A stretch of 64,000 nt of DNA from positions 29,452,001 through 29,516,000 of the forward strand of contig CM059432.1 of NCBI GenBank assembly GCA_030390025.1. Reading direction: 5' to 3'. Positions 22,801 through 34,300 of the stretch are shown piece by piece. Below the pieces are notes generated by a model. The model saw only the letters and a program-made list of their open reading frames with translations, ran no database searches and was not told the origin of the DNA. Source of the DNA: Squalus acanthias (Eukaryota). The position numbers were made by a program, and so were the translations under genes. Positions within the stretch are counted from its first letter, which is position 1, and the number at the start of each line of letters is the position of its first letter.

Positions 22801-24674
22801 AACACCAGACTGAACACACAGCTCCCTCTAACATCAGACTAAACACACAGCTCCCTCTAACATCAGACTGAACACACAGCTCCCTCTAACACCAGACTGA
22901 ACACACAGCTCCCTCTAACATCAGACTAAACACACAGCTCCCTCTAACATCAGACTGAACACACAGCTCTCTCTAACATCAGACTGAACACACAGCTCTC
23001 TCTAACATCAGACTGAACGCACAGCTCTCTCTAACATCAGACTGAACACACAGCTCTGTCTAACACCAGACTGAACACACAGCTCCCTCTAACATCAGAC
23101 TGAACACACAGCTCCCTCTAACATCAGACTGAACACACAGCTCCCTCTAACATCAGACTGAACACACAGCTCTCTCTCACACCAGACTGAACACACAGCT
23201 CCCTCTCACATCAGACTGAACACACAGCTCCCTCTAACACCAGACTGAACACACAGCTCTCTCTAACACCAGACTGAACACACAGCTCCCTCTAACACCA
23301 GACTGAACACACAGCTCCCTCTAACACCAGACTGAACACACAGCTCCGTCTAACATCCGACTGAACACACAGCTCCCTCTAACATCAGACTGAACACACA
23401 GCTCCCTCTAACATCAGACTGAACACACAGCTCCCTCTAACATCAGACTGAACACACAGCTCCCTCTAACATCAGACTGAACACACAGCTCCCTCTAACA
23501 TCAGAGTGAACACACAGCTCCGTCTAACACCAGACTGAACACACAGCTCCCTCTAACATCAGACTGAACACACAGCTCCCTCTAACATCAGACTGAACAC
23601 ACAGCTCCCTCTAACATCAGACTGAACACACAGCTCCCTCTAACATCAGACTGAACACACAGCTCCCTCTAACACCAGACTGAACACACAGCTCTCTCTA
23701 ACACCAGACTGAACACACAGCTCCCTCTAACACCAGACTAAACACACAGCTCTCTCTAACATCAGACTAAACACATAGCTCTCTCTAACATCAGCACTGA
23801 CGGCCAACTCCTTCACCCCCAGCCGATCAATGCTGTTAAGAGTACAACAATCTCAGCAGGCTGGCAAGATAATACACTGAACACTCTCTTCTTTTCTTTC
23901 TTGCGCACCATGCGCACCAGCGCACAGTTCACCACCTTAAAGCAAACCCCGTACAGCTATCCCTACTCAGAACAATAGCACATGCCAGGCCTCTGGCCTT
24001 CGCCCACAGAGCATCATGCCAGTGGAATGTTTGAGATGTTACCAGGCTGTCAGGGTCAAGCTCCCGATATGTAGCCAGCAATTATTCTATACCAGGAGCA
24101 AGCCGCCTTGAGATGGGTCCACCTCAGTCCCATGGCCCTTTTGTAGAAAATGTGCAGCTAACCACCTCCCATGATACGAACCCTTGGTTTGCACCTAGGA
24201 GAAGCACTAAAATAGAAATGCACGTGTGGGCACAGGGGAAGCATGGTATTAGGAAAGAATAGATTGGCTTGTGTACACTTTGGACTTCAGTGTATTAAAA
24301 TAGAATATGCACTGACATCACACTTTGTTAATCATGAAGGCTAGAATCACACAGGAAAGAGTGCACTTTTGTGATGCTGATGCCTTCACTTAGCTGATGA
24401 TTATTGTCATGCTCATGTAGGAGCAAAGACACCTGCTGTTGTACGGATGGCTAGTAGATTGTGGGAATGTCCCTTTATTGAAAAGTGGGGAAGAAGGAGG
24501 CAAGGCTCTGATTTCAAAGGTAGACTATGTTACACAGAAGGTAAGACCTCAGTGATGAGACATGCTCTGATGTCCTTTGCAGCAGTCACTGAAGATTCCT
24601 CTGAGTTCAAGTCATCATGACTACATCTCTATGTAGTTCTGGCTCCAATAGAGCAGGGCTTCATCACCAGCAAT

Positions 24675-25120
24675 CATAAGGTTGTGAAGGGCACAGCAGG
24701 CAAAAGCTATGCATGACACACAATCTGGAGCTTACTGCAATGTCCCCCATGACCTGTGGAGGCAACAAAAACATGCCTTTAATACACCCTATTGGTCTTC
24801 TCGATGTCCAGTCTTGTAGGAGCATATAGCTTATGTTTTCGCTTCTCTGCTGCTGTTCAGGCCACTCTTACTGGAGTCATTATCCATGGGAGCAGGTGGT
24901 AGGTTTTGTCACCCAGAAGCCATCCACTGATGTGATCATCTTCCCAGCAGAGTTCAGGGAGAGTCATATATCGCAGTATGAAGGGATCATAACAACCTCA
25001 CACAAATCTGTGCAATGAGGGAATGGAAGCCCTTCCTATTCATGTCGGTGAGGGTGTGTTCTGTGGGAGTATCCAAAGCAACTTGGGTGCTATAGAATGC
25101 ACCCTAGCTCTTGGTAGTGG
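24675..25120 (-). pseudogene. decayed PIF/Harbinger (HARBI1-like DDE) transposase
   Basis: The minus strand, across frameshifts, gives GAFYSTQVALDTP (cf. GAIDCTHV), NRKGFHSL, LLGDKTYHLLPWIMTP, TRLDIEKT..G.LK..F, and CLHRSWGTLQ*AP..V..I..ACCALHN, all in canonical order. Confidence 0.85.
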
Positions 25121-25203
25121 GCTCCTCTACCTCCATAGTGTCCCCAGAAATGTACCTGCTGAAGGCTTTGGTCCAGGACAAAACTGCCAGTCTGGGCCTG
25201 TGA

Positions 25204-27563
25204 CAGGTGGTGAGAGAACCAACACGAGGAAAAACCTACTTAACCTCGTCCTCACCAATCTACCTGTCGCAGATGCATCTGTCCATGACAGTATTGGCAG
25301 CAGTGACCACTGCACAGTCATTGTGGAGACGAAGTCCCTTCTTCACACTGAGGACACCCTCCATCGTGTTGTGTGGCACTACCACCGTGCTAAATGGGAT
25401 AGATTCAGAACAGATCTAGCAGCTCAAAACTGGGCATCCATGAGGCGCTGTGGGCCATCAGCATCAGCAGAATTGTATTCCACCACAATCTGTAACCTCA
25501 TGGCCTGGCATATCCCTCACTCTACCATTACCATCAAGCCAGGGGACCAACCCTGGTTCAATAAGGAGTGTAGAAGAGCATGCCAGGAGCAGCACCAGGC
25601 GTACATAAAAATGAGGTGCCAACCTGGGGAAGCTGCAACACAGGACTATATGCATGCTAAAAAGCGGAAGGAGCATGCTATAGACAGGGCTAAGCGATCC
25701 CACAATCAACGGATCAGATCAAAGCTCTGCAGTCCTGCCACATCCAGTCGTGAATGGTGGTGGACCATTAAACAACTAACAGGAGGAGGAGGCTCCATGA
25801 ATATTCCCATCCTCAATGATGGAGGAGCCCAGCACGTGAGTGCAAAAGACAAAGCTGAAGTATTTGCAACCATCTTCAGCCAGAAGTGCCGAGTGGATGA
25901 TCCATATCGGCCTCCTCCTGTGGTCCCCACCATCACAGAAGCCAGTCTTCAGCCAATTCGATTCACTCCACGTGATATCAAGAAACGGCTCAGCGCATTG
26001 GATACAGCAAAGTCTATGGGCCCCGACAACATCCTGGCTATCGTGCTGAAGACTTGTGCTTCAGAACTAGCCGCGTCTCTACCAAGCTGTTCCAGTACAG
26101 CTACAACACTGGCATCTATCCGATAATGTGGAAAACTGCCCAGGTATGTCCTGTCCACAAAAAGCAGGACAAATCCAATCCGGCCAGTTACCGCCCCATC
26201 AGTCTACTCTCAATCATCAGCAAAGTGATGGAAGGTGTCATCAACAGTGCTATCAAGTAGGCACTTACGCACCAATAACCTGCACACTGATGCCCAGTTT
26301 GGGTTCCGCCAAGACCACTCGGCTCCCGACCTCATTACAGCCTTGGGCCAAACATTAACAAAGGAGCTGAATTCCAGAGGTGAGGTGAGAGTGACTGCCC
26401 TTGACATCAAGGCAGCATTTGACCGAGTGTGGCATCGAGGAGCCCTAGTAAAACTGAAGTCAATGGGAATCGGGGGGTAAAACTCTCCACTGGCTGGAGC
26501 CATCCCTAGCACAAAGGAAGATGGTTGTGGTGATTGAAAGTCAATCATCACAGCCCCAGGACATCGCTGCAGGAGTTCCTCAGGGCAGTGACCTAGGCCC
26601 AACCATCTTCAGCTGCTTCATCAATGACCTTCCCTCCAACATAAGGTCAGAAATGGGAATATTCGCTGATGATTGCACAGTGTTCAGTGCCATTCACAAC
26701 TCCTCAGATAATGAAGCAGTCTATGCCCGCATGCAACAAGACCTGGACGACGTTCAAGCTTGGGCTGATAAGTGGCAGGTAACATTCGCGCCACACAAGT
26801 GCCAGGCAATGACTATCTCCAACAAGCGAGAGTCTAACCACCGCCCTTTGACATTCAATGGCATTACCATCGCCGAATCCCCCACCATCAACATCCTGTG
26901 GGTCACCATTGACCAGAAACTTAACTGGACCAGCCACATAAATACTGTGGCAACAAGAGCAGGTCAGAGGCTAGGTATTCTGCGGCGAGTGTCTCACCTC
27001 CTGAATCCTCAAAGCCTTTCTACCATCTACAAGGCACAAGTAAGGGGCGTGATGGAATACTCTCCACTTGCCTGGGTGAGTGCAGCCCCAACAACACTCA
27101 AGAAGCTCGACACCATCCAGGACAAAGCAGCCCGCTTGATTTGCACCCTATCCACCACCTTAAACATTCACTCCCTCCAGCACCGACGTACCATGGCTGC
27201 AGTGTGTACCATCTACAAGATGCACTGCAGCAATTCGCCAAGGCTTCTTCGGCAGCACCTCCCAAACCCGCGACCTCTTCCACCTAGAAGGACAAGGGCA
27301 GCAGAGGCATGGGAACACCACCACCTCCAAGTTCCCCTCCAAGTCACACACCATCCTGACTTAGAACTATATCTCCGATCCTTCATCGTCGCTGGGTCAA
27401 AATCCTGGAACTCCCTCCCTAACAGCACTGTGGGAGTACCTTCACCACACGGACTGCAGCGGTTCAAGAAGGCGGCTCACCACCACCTTCTCAAGTGCAA
27501 TTAGGGATGGGCAATAAATGCTGGCCTTGCCAGCGACGCCCACATCCCATAAAAACGAATAAA
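25204..27563 (+). mobile_element. 5'-truncated, frameshifted CR1/L2-group LINE (family distinct from the HER1-like element)
   Basis: EPTRG, SDH, QPWF, KSMGPD, YRPISLLS, QFGFR, LDIKAAFDRVWH, GVPQGS, FADD and WNSLP are spread over several frames with stops. 3' UTR hairpin GGGATGGGC..GCTGGC-CTT-GCCAGC..GCCCACATCCC and an A-rich tail. Confidence 0.92.
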
Positions 27564-29029
27564 CATGTTTTTTAAAATCTGAGCCCTTCAGTAAAAAAAG
27601 TTTCCAAAACCTCGGGTTCTCCCCTTTTAAGAGCTTCTCCTCCTCTTCGGGCGTGCTTACTCTATGTGAGCAATATGTCTGGGCCAGCTTCATAACTTCC
27701 TTAATGAATCTGAAAATTTCTCATAAAGTAGCAGCTGGGGGTGAAGGAGTAGACTCTGTGCCCAACCATTCCACTCCCCTCCAGTTTTTATAGCATCAGG
27801 GCAAAACCACACTGTGTAGGTAGGCCGCACATATTTTACTGTATGTCCCCCTCCCCCCTTGAGCATATTCCCTTTGGACACAGGAGGAGGGTGTCTCCCC
27901 GTCCCACTTACCACAAAAGTGGTATTGGTGAATGAATCGTAATTAGCTCTCATCTCCTAGTCCTGCCATACATTTATTTTGAGAGGGTAGGGATAAACAT
28001 ATTTAAATACAGTCCCTCCCCTCACCCTCCTAAACACTAAATAGTCCGTTTTTCCAAAGCTTTAGGCCCTGAGGTAAGCCTGCTCCACATTGACTTGGCA
28101 ACTGGGATTAAGTGTCATTTAATAAATATCCATTTTAAACTGAAATAGCCATCTTCATGTCTAATATTTGCTTCAACATTATCACATGGAGGGAAAGTCT
28201 GACATGCTATTCTGTGATTTTAGTTTTGCTCAGATACTCTCTGTTCTCTTTCCTCTAGGCATGTTTTGACTGATCTTTGTCAATACCATAGGGACAAATA
28301 AAAGAGACTTGAGGAGGCAGTGGCAACACAGTCAAAGTATTTGTCTTGGACACGTTCCCTGTGCCGTAGTAGGAAGGCAGTGCTTCATGATGATAGCTTC
28401 TGGCACAGGGAGTGCAGAGAAACACACCAGAGAGAAACTGGATCTCCTGAGTGACAGGAGAATTCAACATATATAAAAATGAAAGACTTTACAGAAATAA
28501 GCAGGGGTGTGGGAGAACTGCAGCCAGGGCAGATGTAAACCCCACCATTGGTTTAGGGTAGGTTACAAGTTTGATCCAAATTTAATTTTGAAATCCGTCA
28601 GCCCTGGCTTTAAATTCGTTTTGTGCATAGAATAAGTGTTCGGCAAATGCCAGAATCTGAAGCATGGATTGGGATTCCAGATTCCGTTTGTCAGAAATCA
28701 CCGATTCCAATCAAGAATTGAGAAGTTTATTTTTTGAAACTTTGGACGGGGGATTTTGTACTCCAGATTTCTAAAACTGATGTTTGGATCTGGATGCTTT
28801 CCCACTTCTCCCTATTGGCCAATTTCAGATGATTTTTAAAGATTGCACCAGAACCCCAGTTTTGCAATATTAAAAATTTTCAGTGTGTTAACGCCTGTGG
28901 CGGGGGCTGATCCAAGCCCGCAGCATGGAGAGGGGGCAAGCTTTGTAATATCAGGCCAATCATTTGACTAGGCTACAAGCAAAGGGAAGGTTAAACTGCA
29001 GTGATTTAATGGAACAATTCTAAGGATTT

Positions 29030-29092
29030 AAGCACCTTGAGACGTTTTTCTACTTCAAAGGCGCTATATAAATGCAAGTTGCTGTTGTTGTT
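29030..29092 (+). mobile_element. SINE/L2-type 3' tail fragment
   Basis: AAAGGCGCTATATAAATGCAAGTTGCTGTTGTTGTTG. Confidence 0.6.
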
Positions 29093-29424
29093 GGATACCA
29101 TATCATACAATCTGGGTGGGCGGAGAGAAATTTGGGGTGGAATCTTAAAGACATTGGTGAGTTAGTTAAGTTTTTAATGGTAACTTTTCTGGTACCAGCC
29201 CACAATTTACCAGCTTTATTCAATACACTTCCATAACCTCAGGTGTTTCCGCCGCACTTATGCCGAAGTTACAGCAGCGGAGCGGGAGAATCTCAGAGGA
29301 AATTCACCCCCCCCGATGCCTCTACACTCAACGTGGCTCAGATTGGGAACTGAGGGGAATGGGCCTGAGATTTTCTGATGGCAAAGCATCCCCTTTCTAA
29401 GGGGATCTGATGGGAATGACAGAA

Positions 29425-29800
29425 CTGAGGAAGTGCTGCATTGTCAGGTGCCATCTTTCGGATGAGACGTTAAACCGAGGCCCCATCTGCCCTCTCAGGT
29501 GGATGTAAAAGATCCCATGGCACTATTCCGAAGAACAGCGGGGTAGTTCTCCCCGGTGTATTGGCCAATATTTATCCCTCAGCCGACTTAATAAAAAAAA
29601 ACAGATAATCTGGTCTTTATCACATTGCTGTTTGTAGGACCTTGCTATGTGAAAATTGGCTGCCACATTTCCTAGATTACAACAGTGACTACACTTCAAA
29701 AGTGCTTCATTGGCTGAAAAGCAGTGCTTCATTGGCTTTAAAACGCTTTAGAACATCCTGAGGTTGTAAAAGGTGCTATATAAATGCAAGTCTTTCTTTC
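29425..29800 (+). mobile_element. SacSINE1/DeuSINE-like SINE, 5'-truncated
   Basis: Body and tail as at 6210 and 9353, with a small internal duplication AGTGCTTCATTGGCT x2. Confidence 0.85.
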
Positions 29801-30349
29801 CTTTCTCCCTTGGTAAACATTGTGGCCTATTTTTTCCACTTGTAATGCCAAGGATAACCCATTCATTTTAATGGATTACTGTTTGCATTACGATTGGAAA
29901 GCCTCGGTCTGTGTGTCATTGCTCAGCTCCCAGTATTTATCAGCTTAGGCACAGTCACTCCAATGAGCAAGGCGTAGTTAATTTGGCAACATTTAATCAG
30001 GTTCTAATGGAAACATTAGCTGCAACAAACCAGCATTACAGAGCTAGTCTTACTGATTATTTTTAATATCATCATACGTCTTTCTGGTCAATAAATTCCT
30101 TCTAAAATCTAACGCTTCCTGGATGGAATGTACTGTTAATGTCCTGGCAGCTCCACTGTATGCAGATCATGTAGTTTGTCATCATTAGCTGCACGTCTCT
30201 AGTAATTGAGTAACTGGGAATGCTAATTACTAGAGTTTATTGAGGTCATAGAAGTATGAAGGGCAACTCTGGAGACCATCATAACATTAGGACCAGAACA
30301 AAAGGAATGTTATTATCAATCGTTGGATTGCGTGTCCTGTTGTCCACCA

Positions 30350-30515
30350 AAGAACTGGTCATTTATATTGTTGCTGTTTGTGCGACCTCTTGTGTACCAA
30401 TTGGCTACCACATTTGGCTATATATCAGTGACTGCCCTTTAAAAGTAATTAATTGGCTGTGAAACACTTTAGGATGTGATAACATTCTATATAAATTCAA
30501 GTTCATTCTCTTTCT
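30350..30515 (+). mobile_element. degenerate 3' half of the same SINE
   Basis: CTGGTCATTTAT..TTGCTGTTTGTG ... CTATATAAATTCAAGTTC. Confidence 0.7.
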
Positions 30516-30584
30516 ATCTATTTGACTCTTTGCATGAAAAGTACTCTTTGACTATTCGTCTTGCTCCAAACCTCCTCAATGATT

Positions 30585-30828
30585 AAGAAACAGAAAATTC
30601 TGGAAATACTCAGCAGGTCAGGCAGCATCTGTGGAGAGAGAAACAGAGTTAACGTTTCAGGTCGATGACCTTTTGTCAAAACTCTGGCATTCTGACGAAA
30701 GGTCATCGACCAGAAACATTAACTCTGTTTCTCTCTCCACAGATGCTGTCTGACCTGCTGAGTATTTCCAGAATTTCCTGTTTCTATTTCAGATTTCCAG
30801 CATCCACAGTATTTTGATTTTGTTTTCA
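30585..30828 (+). mobile_element. 244-bp non-coding palindromic Penelope-type mini-element with hammerhead core and 9-bp TSD
   Basis: Arms about 30585-30680 and 30692-30786 are inverted. Core CTGACGA-AA-GGTC ATC GACC-A-GAAA at 30692-30716. ~40-nt unpaired tail. TCAATGATT at 30576-84 and 30829-37. Confidence 0.8.
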
Positions 30829-31370
30829 TCAATGATTTGTCTCCTCTGCTATTTGAACCCATTGTCATTGTGGTCAATTTACCTGGGTCAATTTAGTCAA
30901 TTTCCTTCATAATCATGAAAACGTCAATTAATTAATCGCAAATTCATGTGTTTTGCAAAGAAATCAAACACAAATTCCTTAGCTTGTGCTTATGAATTAT
31001 TTTTTTCCCCGTGAATTAAAATATTTTGTAATTGTGCAAGTGCAGGGAGTATTACTTTGTGCAACGGTATGCAAGAGTAAGAAGTCGTGGCTGTGTTGAG
31101 TGCATAGCAGTAGAGGTTATGGTATTGAACTACTAACCGAGAAGTTATGAAAGTGAATTTAATAAATCTGCTAAATTATGGGCAGGTACCAGAAATAGAC
31201 CATGAACAACACAATCTGCACACCAAGGTGTATAAGAACGTGCTCCAAAATCCTCCCCACGCATTCAGATTGTATGATACGATATAAATAGAGTGTTTCC
31301 ATTAAACCACTGCATTCTAACTGAACATCAGCCGTCAATGTAATATATTGTCAGCCTGCTGTTATTCTCT

Positions 31371-34300
31371 CAGACATTGCCAGAGCTCTATTAAACTTCA
31401 TGTAACACACTGCCAGCTCTCTATTATCCTGTGTGTAACACACTGCCAGCTTTCTATTATCATGAGTAACACACTGCCAGCTCATTATTATCATGAGTAA
31501 CACACTGCCAGCTCTCTGTTATCCTCAGTGTAACACACTGCCAGCTCTCTGTTATCCTCAGTGTAACACACTGCCAGCACTCCATTATCCTCAGTGTAAC
31601 ACACTGCCAGCTCTCTATTATCCTCAGTGTAACACACTGCCAGCACTCCATTATCCTCAGTGTAACACACTGCCAGCTCTCTATTATCCTCAGTCTAACG
31701 CACTGCCAGCACTCTATTATCCTCAGTGTAACACACTGCCAGCTCTCTGATATCCAGTGCAACATACTGCCAGCTCTCTATAATCCTCAGTGTAACACAC
31801 TGCCAGCTCTCTATTATCCTCAGTGTAACACACTGCCAGCTCTCTATAATCTTCAGTGTAACACAGTGCCAGCTCTCTATTATCCTCAGTGTAACACACT
31901 GCCAGCTCTCTATAATCCTCAGTGTAACACAGTGCCAGCTCTCTATTATCCTCAGTGTAACACACTGCCAGCTCTCTGTTATCCTCAGTGTAACACACTG
32001 CCAGCACTCTATTATCCTCAGTGTAACACACTGCCAGCTCTCTATTATCCTCAGTCTAACGCACTGCCAGCACTCTATTATCCTCAGTGTAACACACTGC
32101 CAGCTCTCTGATATCCAGTGCAACATACTGCCAGCTCTCTATAATCCTCAGTGTAACACAGTGCCAGCTCTCTATTATCCTCAGTGTAACACACTGCCAG
32201 CTCTCTATAATCCTCAGTGTAACACAGTGCCAGCTCTCTATTATCCTCAGTGTAACACACTGCCAGCTCTCTATAATCCTCAGTGTAACACAGTGCCAGC
32301 TCTCTATTATCCTCAGTGTAACATACTGCCAGCTCTCTATAATCCTCAGTGTAACACAGTGCCAGCTCTCTATTATCCTCAGTGTAACACACTGCCAGCT
32401 CTCTATTATCCTCAGTGTAACACACTGCCAGCTCTCTATTACCTTCAGTGTAACACACTGCCAGCTCTCTATTACCTTCAGTGTAACACACTGCCAGCTC
32501 TCTATTATCCTCAGTGTAACATACTGCCAGCTCTCTATTATCCTCAGTGCAACACACTGCCCGCTCTCTGTTATCCAGTGTAACACACTGCCAGCTCTCT
32601 ATTATCCAGTGTAACACTCTGCCAGCTCTCGATTATCCTCAGTGTAACACACTGCCAGCTCTCTATTATCCTCAGTGTAACACACTGCCAGCTCTCTGTT
32701 ATCCAGTGTAACACACTGCCAGCTCTCTATTATCCTCAGTGTAACACACTGCCAGCTCTCTATTACCTTCAGTGTAACACACTGCCAGCTCTCTATTACC
32801 TTCAGTGTAACACACTGCCAGCTCTCTATTATCCTCAGTGTAACATACTGCCAGCTCTCTATTATCCTCAGTGTAACACACTGCCCGCTCTCTGTTATCC
32901 AGTGTAACACACTGCCAGCTCTCTATTATCCAGTGTAACACTCTGCCAGCTCTCGATTATCCTCAGTGTAACACACTGCCAGCTCTCTATTATCCTCAGT
33001 GTAACACACTGCCAGCTCTCTATTATCCAGTGTAACACACTGCCAGCTCTCTATTATCCTCAGTGTAATACACTGCCAGCTCTCTATTATCCTCAGTGTA
33101 ACACACTGCCAGCTCTCTATTATCCTCAGTGTAACACACTGTCAGCTCTCTATTATCCAGTGTAACACACTGCCAGCTCTCTATTATCCTCAGTCTAACA
33201 CACTGCCAGCTCTCTATTATCCTCAGTGTAACACACTGCCAGCTCTCTATTATCCAGTGTAACACACTGCCAGCTCTCTATTATCCTCAGTGTAACACAC
33301 TGCCAGCTCTCTATTATCCTCAGTGTAACATACTGCCAGCTCTCTATTATCCTCAGTGTAACACACTGCCAGCTCTCTATTATCCAGTGTAACACACTGC
33401 CAGCTCTCTATTATCCTCAGTGTAACACACTGCCAGCTCTCTATTATCCTCAGAGTAACATACTGCCAGCTCTCTATTATCCTCAGGGTAACACACTGCC
33501 AGCTCTCTATTATCCTCAGTGTAACACACTGCCAGCTCACTATTATTCAGTGTAACACACTGTCAGCTCTCTATTATCCTCAGTGTAACAAACTGCCAGC
33601 TCACTATTATTCAGTGTAACACACTGCCAGCTCCTAATTATCCTCAGTGTAACACACTGACAGCTCTCTGTTATCCAGTGTATCACACTGCCAGCTCTCT
33701 ATTATCCTCAGTGTAACACACTGCCTGCTCTCTCTTATCCTCAGTGTAACACACTGCCAGCTGTCTATTATCCTCATTGTAAAACACTGCCAGCTCTCTA
33801 TTATCCTCAGTGTAACACACTGCCAGCTCTTAATTATATTCAGTGCAACACACTGCCAGCTCTCTATTATCCTCAGTGTAACACACTGTCAGCTCTCTAT
33901 TATCCTCAGTGTAACACACTGCCAGCTCTTAATAATCCTCAGTGTAACACACTGCCAGCTCTCTATTATCCTCAGTTTAACACACTGCCAGCTCACTATT
34001 ATCCTCAATGTAACACACTGTCAGCTCTCTATTAACCTCAGTGTAACAAACTGCCAGGTCACTATTATCCAGTGTTACACACTGCCAGCTCTTAATTATC
34101 CTCAGTGTAACACACTGCCAGCTCTCTATTATCCTCAGTGTAACACACTGTCAGCTCTCTGTTATCCTCAGTGTAACACACTGCCAGCTCTCTATTAGCC
34201 TCAGTGTAACACACTGCCAGCTCTCTATTATCCTCAGTGTAACACACTGCCAGCTCTCTGATATCCAGTGCAACATACTGCCAGCTCTCTATAATCCTCA

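Larger units (their letters stand above)
10656..23794. repeat. 29-bp satellite, consensus CTAACA(T/C)CAGACTGAACACACAGCTC(C/T)CT
   Basis: Hundreds of head-to-tail 29-bp units with two common variable positions, interrupted twice by a Penelope-like element. Confidence 0.98.

Noticed and set aside
25023..26126. 367-aa ORF as a novel fusion protein
   Set aside because: Chance read-through from antisense Harbinger fossil into a frameshifted LINE ORF2.
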